Source: an uncultured Gemmatimonadales bacterium | GTDB lineage: Bacteria; Gemmatimonadota; Gemmatimonadetes; Longimicrobiales; Longimicrobiaceae | Length of the DNA: 64,000 nt | Direction: 5' to 3' | Assembly: GCA_963716255.1 (NCBI GenBank) | Contig: OY970303.1 | Location: forward strand, 3,040,001 to 3,104,000 | Shown: in pieces, positions 44,818 through 55,143 of the stretch | Numbering within the stretch: position 1 is the stretch's first letter | Layout of the letters: every line of letters starts with the position of its first letter | The notes under the pieces: model-generated | Told to the model about the DNA's origin: nothing | Seen by the model: only the letters and a program-made list of their open reading frames with translations | Database searches by the model: none | Program-made: the position numbers and the translations under genes

Positions 44818-46194
44818 CTACTCGCTCCCGCCCGAGCCGGTCAGCGCGGTGCGCAGGAGCTCCACGGCCGCGCGGAGATCCAGGCTGGCGCCCATGAACC
44901 AGTCCGCGTCCCATTCCGTCACGGTGGGGATCTCGTCGGCAGGCCGCGTGAACTCGTCGCCCAGCCGCAGCCCCGACCGCGGGTCCAGCCGGCTCACCCG
45001 GCCCGCGTGGACGCCCGCCTGGAGGTAAATGCTGTTCACCAGGTCGGCGCTCACCCCCAGGACCGCATTGTTGCGGATGTCGGAGAGCACCACGCCCACC
45101 ATGGGGTTCAGGTGCTGGTACCACGGGGATTCTTTTTCGATGTCGCGGCGTCCCCAGACAAAGGGCGTGTAGGTGAGCGCGTAGAGCACGCGCGGGGTGC
45201 CGTCCCCGGTCTGGGTGAGTACTGTGTCACCCCCGGACCGGGTCACGCCGAAGGTGGGGTCGCGCAGCTCCGTGCGGAAGGCGCCCAGCGCGAACACCCC
45301 GGAGTACAGGGTGTGTACCCCGAAGTCGAAGCTGCCGACCGGCGTCTGGCTCCCGTCGGCGTTGATCACCGAGATCTGCACCTGCCCCTGTCCCGGCGCG
45401 AAGTCGCCGAGCACGAACGCCGTCGAATCGCACCCCGTGGCGGCTTTGAAGTCGAAGGGGAGCGTGCTTCCCTGTCCCACGATGTTGAGCGCGCCGGGAG
45501 TGCGGAACGCCGACTGCCGCTTCACCGCGAGCTGCGGGACCAGGCGTGCATCGCCCACCACCACCACGCGCACCCGGTCGTTCTCGTCCACCCGGTCGCC
45601 CGGGCGGTAGACGACGCTGCCCGCGGGCGTCACGACGAACTGTGCCCAGTTGCGGCTCTCCACGTACGTCTCCGCCCCGTCGTAGCGCAGCAGCTCGGTC
45701 CGGCAGTTCGTGGTGAGCAGCTCGCCCAGCGTGACGTCCGCCCCGGGGATCACGACCGTGGGAATCGTGTCCCCCGCAGCCGCGACGGCCGGGGCGGTGA
45801 GCGGCTGCGTGCCGCCCGCCGGGGTCGCAGCGGAGCCAGTCACCGGCACCCGGCCCAACTCGGCGCTGCCGGAGCTGATCACCATCGTCCCGGAGCTCCG
45901 TCCGCGCAGCATCGACGCGTTCAGGGTGTATCTCGCGCCGGTCGCGGTCGATGCGCCCTTCGCCACCGGGCTGGTTCCCCCCTCGCTCGTGATCCTCAGC
46001 CGGAGCGCGGCGCAGTCCACGCCGCCGCACGTCACTTCGAGCTGCGTGTTGCTCCCGGTGAGCGCGATGGAGTTGCCCGTCGAAAGACCCGTGACGCCGC
46101 CCGGGCCCACGGTCAAGGACACCTGCGCTGCCAGCGCACCGGGAGCCAGGAGGCAGAGCGCCAGCAGCGTGCCTGAACTGATAAGTCTGCGCAT
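44818..46194 (-). CDS. Hypothetical secreted beta-rich protein, 458 aa
   Basis: Signal peptide [25 protein letters not shown]-terminal part has alternating beta-strand character. Confidence 0.7.
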   Translation of the reverse strand: MRRLISSGTLLALCLLAPGALAAQVSLTVGPGGVTGLSTGNSIALTGSNTQLEVTCGGVDCAALRLRITSEGGTSPVAKGASTATGARYTLNASMLRGRSSGTMVISSGSAELGRVPVTGSAATPAGGTQPLTAPAVAAAGDTIPTVVIPGADVTLGELLTTNCRTELLRYDGAETYVESRNWAQFVVTPAGSVVYRPGDRVDENDRVRVVVVGDARLVPQLAVKRQSAFRTPGALNIVGQGSTLPFDFKAATGCDSTAFVLGDFAPGQGQVQISVINADGSQTPVGSFDFGVHTLYSGVFALGAFRTELRDPTFGVTRSGGDTVLTQTGDGTPRVLYALTYTPFVWGRRDIEKESPWYQHLNPMVGVVLSDIRNNAVLGVSADLVNSIYLQAGVHAGRVSRLDPRSGLRLGDEFTRPADEIPTVTEWDADWFMGASLDLRAAVELLRTALTGSGGSE

Positions 46195-46203
46195 CTCACA
46201 CTC

Positions 46204-47355
46204 CTATGCTAGGTTTGGAAGAATGTCGCACGAAAGGGAGGAGAGCACGTCACCGATGGGCGAAAACACGTTTACGGTGTCGCTCCCTCCCACCAGCAGA
46301 CCCAGCACCAGCCGCGAGGAGTCTACGAGTGCCGCGCCCGAATCGCCGTTCTTGGCGTTGATCGCCACCACGATGCAGGGGCCGAGGCCCTCCAGCCCCT
46401 GCACGTGCGCGAGCGGCACCTGGATCACTCCACGCTGAACCCTGCCCGAGGCGGCGCCGAACATCGCCACGTCGACCCCGCGGTCCGCCTCCACGTCCAC
46501 CGGGCGCCACCCGGCGACCGCTCCGATTCCCGGGATCCTGCTCGATACCGCGCCCACGTCGTCCACGCTCACCTTTGCGGCGTCCACCCCGCGCCGGGTA
46601 CCCTGGATGAGCCGCCCGAGCGGCCTGGACTGCGGCTGGCCGTCGCAGGGGGCCGTATACACGATGGTGTCTGTGCGCGGGGGGCTGCCCGGGTACTGGC
46701 CCACACCCTCCAGCAGGTGCATGGCCGTGAGCGCCACGGGCGCGTTGGTGTCCAGGTCGACCGCGAACGTCCCCAGCGTTCCCTTGCCTGGCTTCCCCGT
46801 GGGGCCGACGCTGCAGCCCGCGTCCGTCTTCAAGCGCAGCTCCCCCACTTCAAGGATGTCCGTGGGCACCGGCTTTCCCCCGGCGACGCTCAGGAAGGAC
46901 GGCACCAGTCCTTTCTTCCTCTTCAGCCTGGAGGGCGGGACCTTTTCTTCCACCATCACCACGATGCACCGCTCCGGTACCTCCACCCCGCTGCGCACCC
47001 GGTGCGCGATTCCACATCCCACCACGCCGGCATAGTCGAACAAGTCGTCGCGCCGCGCCTCCAGCACACGGCGGGGGTAGCGCCAGCGCGGCGACACCAG
47101 CACGCCCGGCCTCCCCGTCCTGGATGTCTCGGCGGCACGCAGGCGCGCGTGCGCCAGGCGCTCGCGCGCCTCCGCCACCAGGCGGGATGCCTCGTAGGCG
47201 CTGTCGGTACGCTGCAGGCGGACGGCGTGCGTGCCGGCGTGGACGAACTCGCGGACCAGCGCGCGGGTCTCCCGCTCGCTCAACGCGTCCGCCGACTTCC
47301 CCAGTGCTTCACGGATCAGCTGCACGAGTACTTCGTCTCTCCTGGTCGCGGCCAT
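46204..47355 (-). CDS. Trypsin-like (S1) serine protease with N-terminal extension
   Basis: Triad motifs ALTAMHLL, GVDAAKV, NGDSGAALVD, plus GTLG. Start is uncertain (ATG 47355 chosen). Confidence 0.75.
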   Translation of the reverse strand: MAATRRDEVLVQLIREALGKSADALSERETRALVREFVHAGTHAVRLQRTDSAYEASRLVAEARERLAHARLRAAETSRTGRPGVLVSPRWRYPRRVLEARRDDLFDYAGVVGCGIAHRVRSGVEVPERCIVVMVEEKVPPSRLKRKKGLVPSFLSVAGGKPVPTDILEVGELRLKTDAGCSVGPTGKPGKGTLGTFAVDLDTNAPVALTAMHLLEGVGQYPGSPPRTDTIVYTAPCDGQPQSRPLGRLIQGTRRGVDAAKVSVDDVGAVSSRIPGIGAVAGWRPVDVEADRGVDVAMFGAASGRVQRGVIQVPLAHVQGLEGLGPCIVVAINAKNGDSGAALVDSSRLVLGLLVGGSDTVNVFSPIGDVLSSLSCDILPNLA

Positions 47356-47556
47356 GCGTACGCTCCGGGAACGGCGGGTGAAGGTCGGCGGGTGCGCCCG
47401 GCGCCGGCGCGGCGGAATGGGCGCGGATGCGCTGCTCGCATCGCGGGGCACACCGATTGGACGGGCACCGGGTGCGATTTTCAACGCGCCGGCGCCCTTG
47501 GGGGCTGCGTCGGGCTTTGCTGCGGGGGAGGGACGCGACGGGAGGCCAAAGGAAAA

Positions 47557-47586
47557 CGCCCCGGCTCCAAGGTAGGAGCCGGGGCG
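47557..47586 (-). terminator. Intrinsic terminator of htpG
   Basis: CGCCCCGGCTCC-N6-GGAGCCGGGGCG, followed by TTTT on the minus strand. Confidence 0.7.
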
Positions 47587-47611
47587 CCGGGAGACCAGCG
47601 GGTGGGGCGGT

Positions 47612-49555
47612 CTACAGCCCCTTCGCCATCAGGTCGGCGACCAGCTGGTTGAAGCGGACCGGGTCGTGGATCGGCGAGCCCTCCGCGATCAGCCCCCACC
47701 CGAAGAGCACCTCCGCGTACTCCCCGATGGCCGGGTCCTCGGGGTTGGCGTCGAAGCGGGCCTTGAGCTTCTGCACCACCTCGTTGCCGGGGTTCAGCTC
47801 CATGATGCGCCGCTGCTTGGGCGCGTCGTTGATCCCCGTGGCGAGCATCCGCTCCAGGTGCGGCGAGTAGTCGTGCTCCGCGCCCACCAGCACCACCGGC
47901 GAGCGGGAAAGGCGGCCGGACAGGCGCACCACCTTGACCCACGCCTCCAGCTTCTTTTCCAGCGTCTCCAGGAACGGCTTGAACGCCTCCTCCTCGCCGG
48001 TCTTCTCCTCCTTCTTCTCCTCGCCGCCCAGGTCCACCACCCCCTTGAGCACCGACTTCAGCTTCTTGCCGTTGAAGTCCCACAGCGACTGCGTCACCAG
48101 CTCGTCCACCGGGTCGGACAGGTACAACACCTCGAACCCCTTGTCGCGGAACATCTCCAGCGACGGGTTGTTCTCGATCACGCTGCGCGACGGGCCGGTC
48201 AGGTAGTAGATCGCCTGCTGATCCTCCGGCATGCGGTCCACGTACTGCTGGAGCGTGGTGAGCGCCTCCGGGTCGTGCGACGACTCGAACATGAGCAGCT
48301 TGTGAAGCGTCTCGCGCTGCTCGTAGTCCTGCCCCACACCCTCCTTGATGGCGCGGCCGAACTGCCCCCAGAACTCCTTGTAGCGCTCCGGGTTGCCCTC
48401 CTGCATCGCCACCAGCACGCTGAGCACCTTCTTGACCAGCGCCTGCCGGATCTTGCGGATGTTGCGGTCGTCCTGGAGCGTTTCGCGCGACACGTTGAGC
48501 GGCAGGTCCGGCGAGTCCACCACGCCGCGTACGAAGCGCAGGTAGCGTGGGAGCAGGTCCTCGCAGCTCTCCATCACCAGCACACGCTTCACGTACAGCT
48601 TCAGCCCCGGCTTGGAGCCCACGTAGAACAGGTCGCGCGGGGCCTTGGTGGGGATGAAGAGCAGCGCCTGGTACTCGATGGTCCCCTCGCCGCGCTGGTG
48701 CACGATCTCCAGCGGCTCCGTCCAGTCGTGCGAGATGGACTTGTAGTAGTCGCGGTACTCCTCCTCCTTGACCTCGGAGGGGGAGCGCGCCCAGATGGGG
48801 AGCCGCGAGTTGAGGACCTTCTCCTCGATCTCGCGCGCCTGGGCCTCGGTCTCCTCGTTGCCGGCCTCCATCACGTCCAGGTCCTTTTCCGCGACCAGGA
48901 CGATGGGGTAGGTGATGAAGTCGCAGTGCTGCTTGATGATACGGGTCAGCGTCCAGCGCTCGGCATAGTCGTCGACCCCGTTGTCGCGGTCGGTCGGCTT
49001 GAGGTGCAGCGTGATGGTGGTGCCGTGCCCCTCGGGCCGCTCCCCGTCGCCCACGGTGTAGCTTCCGTCGCCGGTGCTTTCCCAGTGCGTGGCGGTCTCC
49101 TCGCCGGCGCGGCGGGTGACCAGCTCCACCCGGTCCGCCACCATGAACGAGGAGTAGAAGCCCACGCCGAACTGGCCGATGAGCTGCGCCGCGCTCTCGC
49201 CGGTGGGCTTCTCCTTGAGCGAGCGCAGCATCTCCGCGGTCCCCGACTTGGCGATGGTGCCGATGTTGGAGATCACCTCCGCGCGGCTCATCCCGATGCC
49301 GTTGTCGCGGATGACGAGCGTGCGCGTCTTCTCGTCGGGGATCACGCGGATCTCGGGCTCGCCCTCCTCGGCGATCTCGGGGCGTGTGAGCGCCTCCAGG
49401 CGCAGCCGGTCCTGCGCGTCGGACGCGTTGGAGATCAGCTCGCGCAGGAAGATGTCCTTGTCGGTGTAGAGCGAGTTGATCACCAGCTTGAGGAGCTGCT
49501 GCACCTCGGCCTGGAACTCGTGGGTCTCGACCTGATCCTTCTCCGCGACTGACAT
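47612..49555 (-). CDS. htpG: Molecular chaperone HtpG (Hsp90)
   Basis: FQAEVQQLL, IFLRELISNASDA, DNGIGM, IGQFGVGFYS, LPLNVSRE. Confidence 0.98.
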   Translation of the reverse strand: MSVAEKDQVETHEFQAEVQQLLKLVINSLYTDKDIFLRELISNASDAQDRLRLEALTRPEIAEEGEPEIRVIPDEKTRTLVIRDNGIGMSRAEVISNIGTIAKSGTAEMLRSLKEKPTGESAAQLIGQFGVGFYSSFMVADRVELVTRRAGEETATHWESTGDGSYTVGDGERPEGHGTTITLHLKPTDRDNGVDDYAERWTLTRIIKQHCDFITYPIVLVAEKDLDVMEAGNEETEAQAREIEEKVLNSRLPIWARSPSEVKEEEYRDYYKSISHDWTEPLEIVHQRGEGTIEYQALLFIPTKAPRDLFYVGSKPGLKLYVKRVLVMESCEDLLPRYLRFVRGVVDSPDLPLNVSRETLQDDRNIRKIRQALVKKVLSVLVAMQEGNPERYKEFWGQFGRAIKEGVGQDYEQRETLHKLLMFESSHDPEALTTLQQYVDRMPEDQQAIYYLTGPSRSVIENNPSLEMFRDKGFEVLYLSDPVDELVTQSLWDFNGKKLKSVLKGVVDLGGEEKKEEKTGEEEAFKPFLETLEKKLEAWVKVVRLSGRLSRSPVVLVGAEHDYSPHLERMLATGINDAPKQRRIMELNPGNEVVQKLKARFDANPEDPAIGEYAEVLFGWGLIAEGSPIHDPVRFNQLVADLMAKGL

Positions 49556-49680
49556 CTCTGCTGGCTCCGGTCAAACGGTTTCGTCTCGATGAGTTGCGCC
49601 CGGCCGGAAGCGGCGGGCGCGCGGGTAGAGGGGTGGAACGTTATATGGGAATTCCCCGGTTTTCAAGTGCCTCCTGTCGC

Positions 49681-50379
49681 CTACCATGCGGCGCGCCCTG
49701 CGCCGCGGCCCGCGCGCCCTCCGCCCACCTCCACCACCTCGCTCCCCGCGACGACGAACACGCGGTCCCCCGGCGCGGGGCGCACCTCCGCCAGCCCGGT
49801 GAAGTCCCCCGCCGCGGGGAGCACGCCCAACCCCGCCCCGAACCAGAAGCACGGCAATCGCTCGCGCTGCCGCCCCGCGCCGGCCAGCCGGACCCCGGGA
49901 TGCAGGTGCCCTGCCAGGACGTATCCCCCGGCCACAGGCTCCGGGTGGTGCGCCAGGACGAACGGGGGCTCCACCCGCGGCGGGTCCACGCACGCGATCC
50001 CCAGCTCCGGCGGCGGGTCCCCCGCGCCGCGGTCGTGGTTGCCGCGCACCAGCAGCATCTCCACCCGGGCGTGCCGCTCCCGCCATGCGCGCACGGTCGC
50101 CAGGGTGGCCGGCGCTCTCCCTGTGCGCGCGTGGAGCAGGTCGCCCAGGAACACCAGCCGCCGCGCCCCGGTGCGCTCCAGCGCCGCCGTCAGCCGGGCG
50201 AGCCCGCCGGCCGTGGTCCCCCCCGGCACCGCGATGCCGCCGGCGCGGAACGCCGCCGCCTTGCCCCAGTGCGCGTCCGCCACCAGCAGGGTGGACGCGC
50301 GCTCCCACAGCGCGGCGCGCTCGGGGAGGAGGAGGAGGCGCTCGCCGGCGACCTCTACCTGCAGGTCGTCACACGGCAC
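49681..50379 (-). CDS. pdeM: Ligase-associated DNA damage response metallophosphoesterase/endonuclease PdeM
   Basis: DAHWGK, LGDLLH, RGNHD, AGHLHP motifs; near an Lhr-core helicase. Confidence 0.85.
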   Translation of the reverse strand: MPCDDLQVEVAGERLLLLPERAALWERASTLLVADAHWGKAAAFRAGGIAVPGGTTAGGLARLTAALERTGARRLVFLGDLLHARTGRAPATLATVRAWRERHARVEMLLVRGNHDRGAGDPPPELGIACVDPPRVEPPFVLAHHPEPVAGGYVLAGHLHPGVRLAGAGRQRERLPCFWFGAGLGVLPAAGDFTGLAEVRPAPGDRVFVVAGSEVVEVGGGRAGRGAGRAAW

Positions 50380-50401
50380 GGGTACGACTGCGGTACTCAG
50401 C

Positions 50402-50659
50402 TCAACCCGGCCGGGCCGACTTCAACGGATATCGTTCCGGGTGCTCGATCGAGTCCACGGCCAGGTCTACGTCGAGGTCCGGCCAGCGCAGATGGTGGGG
50501 CTGAGGCCTCTGCAGGTTCAGAATCGCTCCTACCGGGGCATCCACGAACCATGGAAATTCCTCGAACGGCAGGAAGAGTTCCCGTTCGTCGAGCATCACC
50601 CAGAATCCGTGCCGGGAGATGTGGGTTACCTCAACTTCCGAAATGGCGGTTCCAGGCAT
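50402..50659 (-). CDS. DUF2442 family protein (putative TA partner)
   Basis: EVTHISRHGFW...LFLPFEEFPWF...LRWPDLDVDL..DSIEHPERYPL. Confidence 0.8.
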   Translation of the reverse strand: MPGTAISEVEVTHISRHGFWVMLDERELFLPFEEFPWFVDAPVGAILNLQRPQPHHLRWPDLDVDLAVDSIEHPERYPLKSARPG

Positions 50660-50870
50660 CGCGAATCTCCGTTTCATGCTTGCGGATCAGGTCCTCGATC
50701 GCCGCGACGTCGCCGTCGGACAGCTCGTGGTTTCTCGCCAGCTCCACCTCGGGAACGAGCCAGAACTTGGCTTCGCCGTCCGGAGTGTCGACGTGGACGT
50801 GAGCCCTGGCTTCCTCGCGCGAAAATAAAGAAGAACCGGTACCTGCCCACTCGCAGATGGTCGGACTCAC
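50631..50870 (-). CDS. DUF4160 family protein (HicA-like fold), N-terminus altered by apparent paired indels
   Basis: FSREEARAHVHV...GEAKFWL.PEVELARN...AWNRHFG; overlaps DUF2442. Confidence 0.75.
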   Translation of the reverse strand: MSPTICEWAGTGSSLFSREEARAHVHVDTPDGEAKFWLVPEVELARNHELSDGDVAAIEDLIRKHETEIRDAWNRHFGS

Positions 50871-51000
50871 ACAGCCTCCGGTGTGCGGGTGCCTTCAGCG
50901 GACGGCAGCCTCATCTACCCCACCTCCTGCTGCAGCGCCAGCCACTCGCCCCCGATATCGACCGCCAGGTCGCTCACGGGCGCACCCGCCGCTCCCCCGG

Positions 51001-51393
51001 TCAGTACGGCGCAACCTGGACGTCCGTCCGCGAGAAGTCGTTCCCGACGAAAAGGAGCGGCTGGCCAAGGGCACGGGCTAGCGCGTACGAGAAGCAGTCG
51101 CCGAAGTTGAGCCCGGCGGGGTGACGTCCCTTGCCGAAGCGGCGGAAGGCGGTACGCGCCAGCTCCGCCTGCGCGAGGGTCACCGGAACGATTTCCACGC
51201 GGAGCCGTCCGACCAGAAGGTCCAGCTCCAGCTCACCTCGCTCTCCGACCCTCCCCTGCATCACCATGGAAGCTTCCACCAGAGATACCGCGGAACAGCG
51301 CCGAGCCGGCGCGGCTTCCAGCGCCGCCGTCAGACGGTCCGCAGTCACCTCCCCGAGCAGCACCGCCACCAGTGCAGAAGTATCTGCGACCAT
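51001..51393 (-). CDS. vapC: VapC PIN-domain toxin
   Basis: VADTSALVAVL, GKGRHPAGLNFGDCFSYALA, LLFVGNDF. Confidence 0.93.
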   Translation of the reverse strand: MVADTSALVAVLLGEVTADRLTAALEAAPARRCSAVSLVEASMVMQGRVGERGELELDLLVGRLRVEIVPVTLAQAELARTAFRRFGKGRHPAGLNFGDCFSYALARALGQPLLFVGNDFSRTDVQVAPY

Positions 51394-51396
51394 GCA

Positions 51397-51651
51397 TCAG
51401 GTGGGGAGGCCGTGCTCGTCGTAGCCGACGATCTCGTCCGGCGACCTGTCGTCCAGCACCGGCAGCTTCGCGACGCGTTCCTGGATCCGGCGGACGTCCT
51501 CCCGCAGCGTCACGTCCCGTACCCGGCCCGTCTTGCGGATCAGCTGCTCCCGTAGCGCGGCGGTGACCGCCTGGGTGATGTTCTCCCCCGTGGCTTCCGC
51601 GAGCTCCCGCGCCAGGCGCTCGGCTTCCGGGTTCTTGATGTTCAGGGCCAT
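51397..51651 (-). CDS. vapB: VapB antitoxin (Rv0623-like)
   Basis: [26 protein letters not shown]...[20 protein letters not shown]; directly upstream of vapC. Confidence 0.9.
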   Translation of the reverse strand: MALNIKNPEAERLARELAEATGENITQAVTAALREQLIRKTGRVRDVTLREDVRRIQERVAKLPVLDDRSPDEIVGYDEHGLPT

Positions 51652-51669
51652 GCCGGTGCCTCCGTTGAT

Positions 51670-51702
51670 GGATGGTGGAAATGTAGCCCGATTCCACCAT
51701 CC
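51670..51702. promoter_or_regulatory. Inverted repeat upstream of vapB, probable autoregulatory operator
   Basis: GGATGGTGGAA-N11-TTCCACCATCC, with a TACATT -10-like box on the minus strand at the spacer. Confidence 0.6.
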
Positions 51703-51718
51703 GGACAACGCTTCTCCC

Positions 51719-54235
51719 TCACCCCGCCGCCCGCTCCAGCGCCAGCTGCATCCTCCGCACCCGGTCCCCCAGCGACTCGGAGGACACCGCCTCGCGCGCC
51801 CGGTCCACCAGCAGCGGAAAGGCCAGCGGCGGCGTCCGCCTGGGCTGGGTGACGACCAGGCGCGACGCCGCCAGCCGCTCCAGCGTGCGCCCCAGGCGGC
51901 TGCGCTCCAGCTGCCGCTCCAGCACCTCGCGGTGCGCCTGCTCCAGCAGCAGGTTCTCCGGGTCGTAGCGGCTGAACACGTCGTAGAAGAGCCCGCTGGA
52001 CGCCTGGAGCTGCTTGGCCGTCTTGCCGGCGTGCGGGTAGCCGGGAAACACCAGCCCCGCCACCCGCGCGATCTCGCGGAACTGCCGCTTCGCCATCTCG
52101 GTGGCGTTCAGCGAGGCGGGCACGTCCTCCACCAGCCCCTCGGGGTGAAGCAGCCCCGCGGCCAGCGCCTCGTCCAGCGGCGCCGGGTCGGGCGAGAGCA
52201 GCTCCAGGCCGTAGTCGTTGGCGGCCAGCGTGAAGGAGATGGGCGCCAGGCGCGAGATGCGGTAGGCGAAGAGCGCGGCCAGCCCCTCGTGCACCAGCCG
52301 CCCCTCGAAGGGAAAGAAGAACAGGTGGTGGCCCTCGCGCGTCTTGACCCGCTCGATCAGCAGCTCGTCCGCGTCGGGGATGCGCGACCAGCGCGCCTGG
52401 ATGTCGAGCACCGGGCGCACCGCCTCCATCTCGGGGCCGCGGAAGACGCCGCGGTGCGCCTCCTCCAGCCGGGCCCGCAGCGCCGCCGCCAGCTCGGTGG
52501 AGAGCGGCATCCGGCTCCCCATCCAGCGCGGGATCGCCCCCTTGCCGCTGGACGCCTTCCGCACCCACGCCACCATGTCGCGCACCCGCACGAACTCCAG
52601 CGGCTTGCCGCTGAAGATGAAGCGGTCGCCCGGACGCAGCCGCGCCACGAACGACTCCTCCACCGTCCCGATGCGCGGGCCGCGCAGGTACTTCACGGCA
52701 ATGGACGCGTCGCTGACGATGGTGCCGATGGCCATGCGGTGCCGTCGCGCCACCAGCGCGCTCTCCACCGTGTACAGTCCGTCGCTCTCCACCACGCGCG
52801 AGTACTCCGGGTACGCCGTGAGCGCCGAGCCGCCGCGCGTCACGAAGTCCAGCACCCATTCCCACTCGTCGTCGCGCAGCCCGGCGTAGGCGTGGGTGGA
52901 GCGTACCTCCTCCAGCAGCTCTGCCGCCCGGAACCCGCCGCCCAGCGCGACGGTGACCACGTGCTGCGCCAGCAGGTCCAGCGGGCGCTCCACCGCCAGG
53001 CGCGACTCGATCGCCCCCGCTTCCACGGCGTCGCGCGCGGCGGCCACCTCCAGCAGCTCCAGCACCTGGGTGGGGACGCACGTCACGCGGCTCTCCGCCC
53101 CCGGCCGGTGCCCGCTGCGCCCCGCGCGCTGGAGGAGCCGCGCCACCCCCTTGGGGCTGCCGATCTGGAGGACGCGGTCCACCGGGGAGAAGTCCACGCC
53201 CAGGTCCAGCGACGAGGTGGCCACCACGCAGCGCAGCCGGCCCTCGCGCAGTCCCTGCTCCACCCAGTCGCGCGTCTTCCGGTCCAGCGAGCCGTGGTGC
53301 AGGGCGATGGTCCCCGCCCACTCGGGCCGCGCCGCCAGGATCGCCTGGTACCAGATCTCCGTCTGCGAGCGGGTGTTGGTGAACACCAGCGCGCTCGCCC
53401 CCTCCTCCACGGCGGCGAGCACCTGCGGCAGCATCTGCGTCCCGAGGTGCCCCGCCCACGGAAAGCGCTCCACCACGGGCGGGATCAGCGCGTCCACCGA
53501 GATGCGCTTGGGGAGCAGCCCGCGCACCACGCGCCCTGGGGACCCCGCCCCGAGCAGCGCCGCCCGCGCCTCGTCCAGGTTTCCCAGGGTGGCGGACACC
53601 CCCCAGGTGCGCAGCCCCGGGCGCCACAGCCGCAGCCGGGCCAGCGCCAGCTCGGTCTGCACCCCGCGCTTGGTCCCCATCAGCTCGTGCCACTCGTCGG
53701 CGACCACGGCGCGCAGGTCGCGGAACAGCTCGCGCGCGTCGGAGCGGGACAGCAGGAGCGACAGGCTCTCGGGGGTGGTGACCAGCGCGGTGGGGAGGCG
53801 CCGGCGCTGGCGGGAGCGCGTGGCGGCGGAGGTGTCGCCGGTGCGCGACTCCAGCGTCCAGGGGAGGCCCAGCGCCTCCAGGGGGGCGCGCAGCGCGGTC
53901 TCGGTGTCGGCGGCCAGGGCGCGCAGCGGAGTGATCCACAGCACGCGCAGCGGCGGCGACGCGGCCTTCTTCGGGTCGCGGACCGGCTCCGGGTGCTCGG
54001 CCATCCACTCCAGCAGCGGGCCCATCCAGGCGGCGTAGGTCTTTCCCGTGCCGGTGGCCGCGTGGATCAGCCCGCTCTCCCCCGCCAGGTACGCGTCCCA
54101 CACCTCGCGCTGAAAGGGGAACGGCTTCCAGCCGCGCCCGCCGAACCACGCCCGGGCGCGCGCGAGGGCGGCCCTCTCCGGCGCGGTGGCGGAGACGGCG
54201 GCGCGGGACCTGGCTGGACTCTCGGGCTTCGGCAA
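51719..54235 (-). CDS. Ligase-associated DNA damage response DEXH helicase (Lhr-core type)
   Basis: [45 protein letters not shown] start at 54235 inferred from a GGAG RBS. Confidence 0.9.
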   Translation of the reverse strand: MPKPESPARSRAAVSATAPERAALARARAWFGGRGWKPFPFQREVWDAYLAGESGLIHAATGTGKTYAAWMGPLLEWMAEHPEPVRDPKKAASPPLRVLWITPLRALAADTETALRAPLEALGLPWTLESRTGDTSAATRSRQRRRLPTALVTTPESLSLLLSRSDARELFRDLRAVVADEWHELMGTKRGVQTELALARLRLWRPGLRTWGVSATLGNLDEARAALLGAGSPGRVVRGLLPKRISVDALIPPVVERFPWAGHLGTQMLPQVLAAVEEGASALVFTNTRSQTEIWYQAILAARPEWAGTIALHHGSLDRKTRDWVEQGLREGRLRCVVATSSLDLGVDFSPVDRVLQIGSPKGVARLLQRAGRSGHRPGAESRVTCVPTQVLELLEVAAARDAVEAGAIESRLAVERPLDLLAQHVVTVALGGGFRAAELLEEVRSTHAYAGLRDDEWEWVLDFVTRGGSALTAYPEYSRVVESDGLYTVESALVARRHRMAIGTIVSDASIAVKYLRGPRIGTVEESFVARLRPGDRFIFSGKPLEFVRVRDMVAWVRKASSGKGAIPRWMGSRMPLSTELAAALRARLEEAHRGVFRGPEMEAVRPVLDIQARWSRIPDADELLIERVKTREGHHLFFFPFEGRLVHEGLAALFAYRISRLAPISFTLAANDYGLELLSPDPAPLDEALAAGLLHPEGLVEDVPASLNATEMAKRQFREIARVAGLVFPGYPHAGKTAKQLQASSGLFYDVFSRYDPENLLLEQAHREVLERQLERSRLGRTLERLAASRLVVTQPRRTPPLAFPLLVDRAREAVSSESLGDRVRRMQLALERAAG

Positions 54236-54378
54236 GCGCGCTCCGCGGCAGAGGACGCCGCGCAGACTCGCACGATCGGTTCCAGGTCGCTCGCCCCGGG
54301 GTCCGCGGAGGAGCCGAAGCCCGTTCCTGCGACCCACCCGCGCGGCTCGAGCTTGCACGGAGGCCGGACGGTGAGTAA

Positions 54379-54618
54379 CCCGGGCACGCGGTCCCGCTGT
54401 CGCTCGCCACTTCCCGATACCCGAACGACGACGCGCAGGGCCCCGGGGAAGGCTTCCTCCTGGGCGTGTTCATGGGTGCCCCGTACGGCGCGATCCTGGG
54501 CGGGCTGATCGGGGCCGTTTCCCGGCCGGAGCGCTGGGAGGCCGTGTCGCCGCGGGTGGCGGTCGGCGGGGCGGGCGGCGGCGGGGTCGCGCGGGGCGGG
54601 CGGCTGGCCCTTCCCTGA
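54379..54618 (+). pseudogene. Possible C-terminal remnant of a glycine-zipper membrane protein
   Basis: Frame reads GEGFLLGVFMGAPYGAILGGLIGAVSRPERWEAV...LALP*, but has an upstream TAA and no convincing start. Confidence 0.35.
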
Positions 54619-54649
54619 CGCACCGCAGCGACGAGGGTGCCGCCCCGGA

Positions 54650-55129
54650 TCAGGGGTGCACCCGCACCACCTGCATCCGCCGCAGGTTGGCGCCGGGGAA
54701 GCGGCCCGTCGCCCTGACCCTCGCCAGCACCGCGTCCGCCCGGGCGCGCGTGTCCCCCGCGTACACGGCCAGGAAGCCGTAGCGCCCGTCCACGCCGGTG
54801 TAGGTGACGTTGTTCTCCACGTCGCCCCCGCACTCCCAGCGCGTCGCGAACACCTTGCCGCGGGGAAAGAGCGCCTGCGCCGCGGTCCGCTCCCGCTCGC
54901 CGATCGCGCAGCGGGGCGCGCTGCGCAGGACCACCGCGTAGAACGGCGCGCTGCGGTCCTCGGCCCGCGCGGCGCCGCCCGCCGGGAGCACGAACGACAG
55001 GTCGTGCGCGCGGAAGCCCGCGCACGGGCGCGCCGGGTCCGGGCACACCCGCCCCGCCGCCGCCTGGCCGCGGGCGGCGAGCGGCGCGACGAGCGTCAGC
55101 GCGAGGAAAATCGTCGCGATCGTCCGCAT
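54650..55129 (-). CDS. Hypothetical secreted protein, 159 aa
   Basis: Signal peptide MRTIATIFLALTLVAPLAARGQ; GGGAG RBS; paired Cys residues. Confidence 0.7.
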   Translation of the reverse strand: MRTIATIFLALTLVAPLAARGQAAAGRVCPDPARPCAGFRAHDLSFVLPAGGAARAEDRSAPFYAVVLRSAPRCAIGERERTAAQALFPRGKVFATRWECGGDVENNVTYTGVDGRYGFLAVYAGDTRARADAVLARVRATGRFPGANLRRMQVVRVHP

Positions 55130-55143
55130 GGACTCTCCCGGGT

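Noticed and set aside
44675..45124. N-terminal extension of ackA in the ORF track
   Set aside because: Overlaps the upstream gene; homology starts at GTG 44674.
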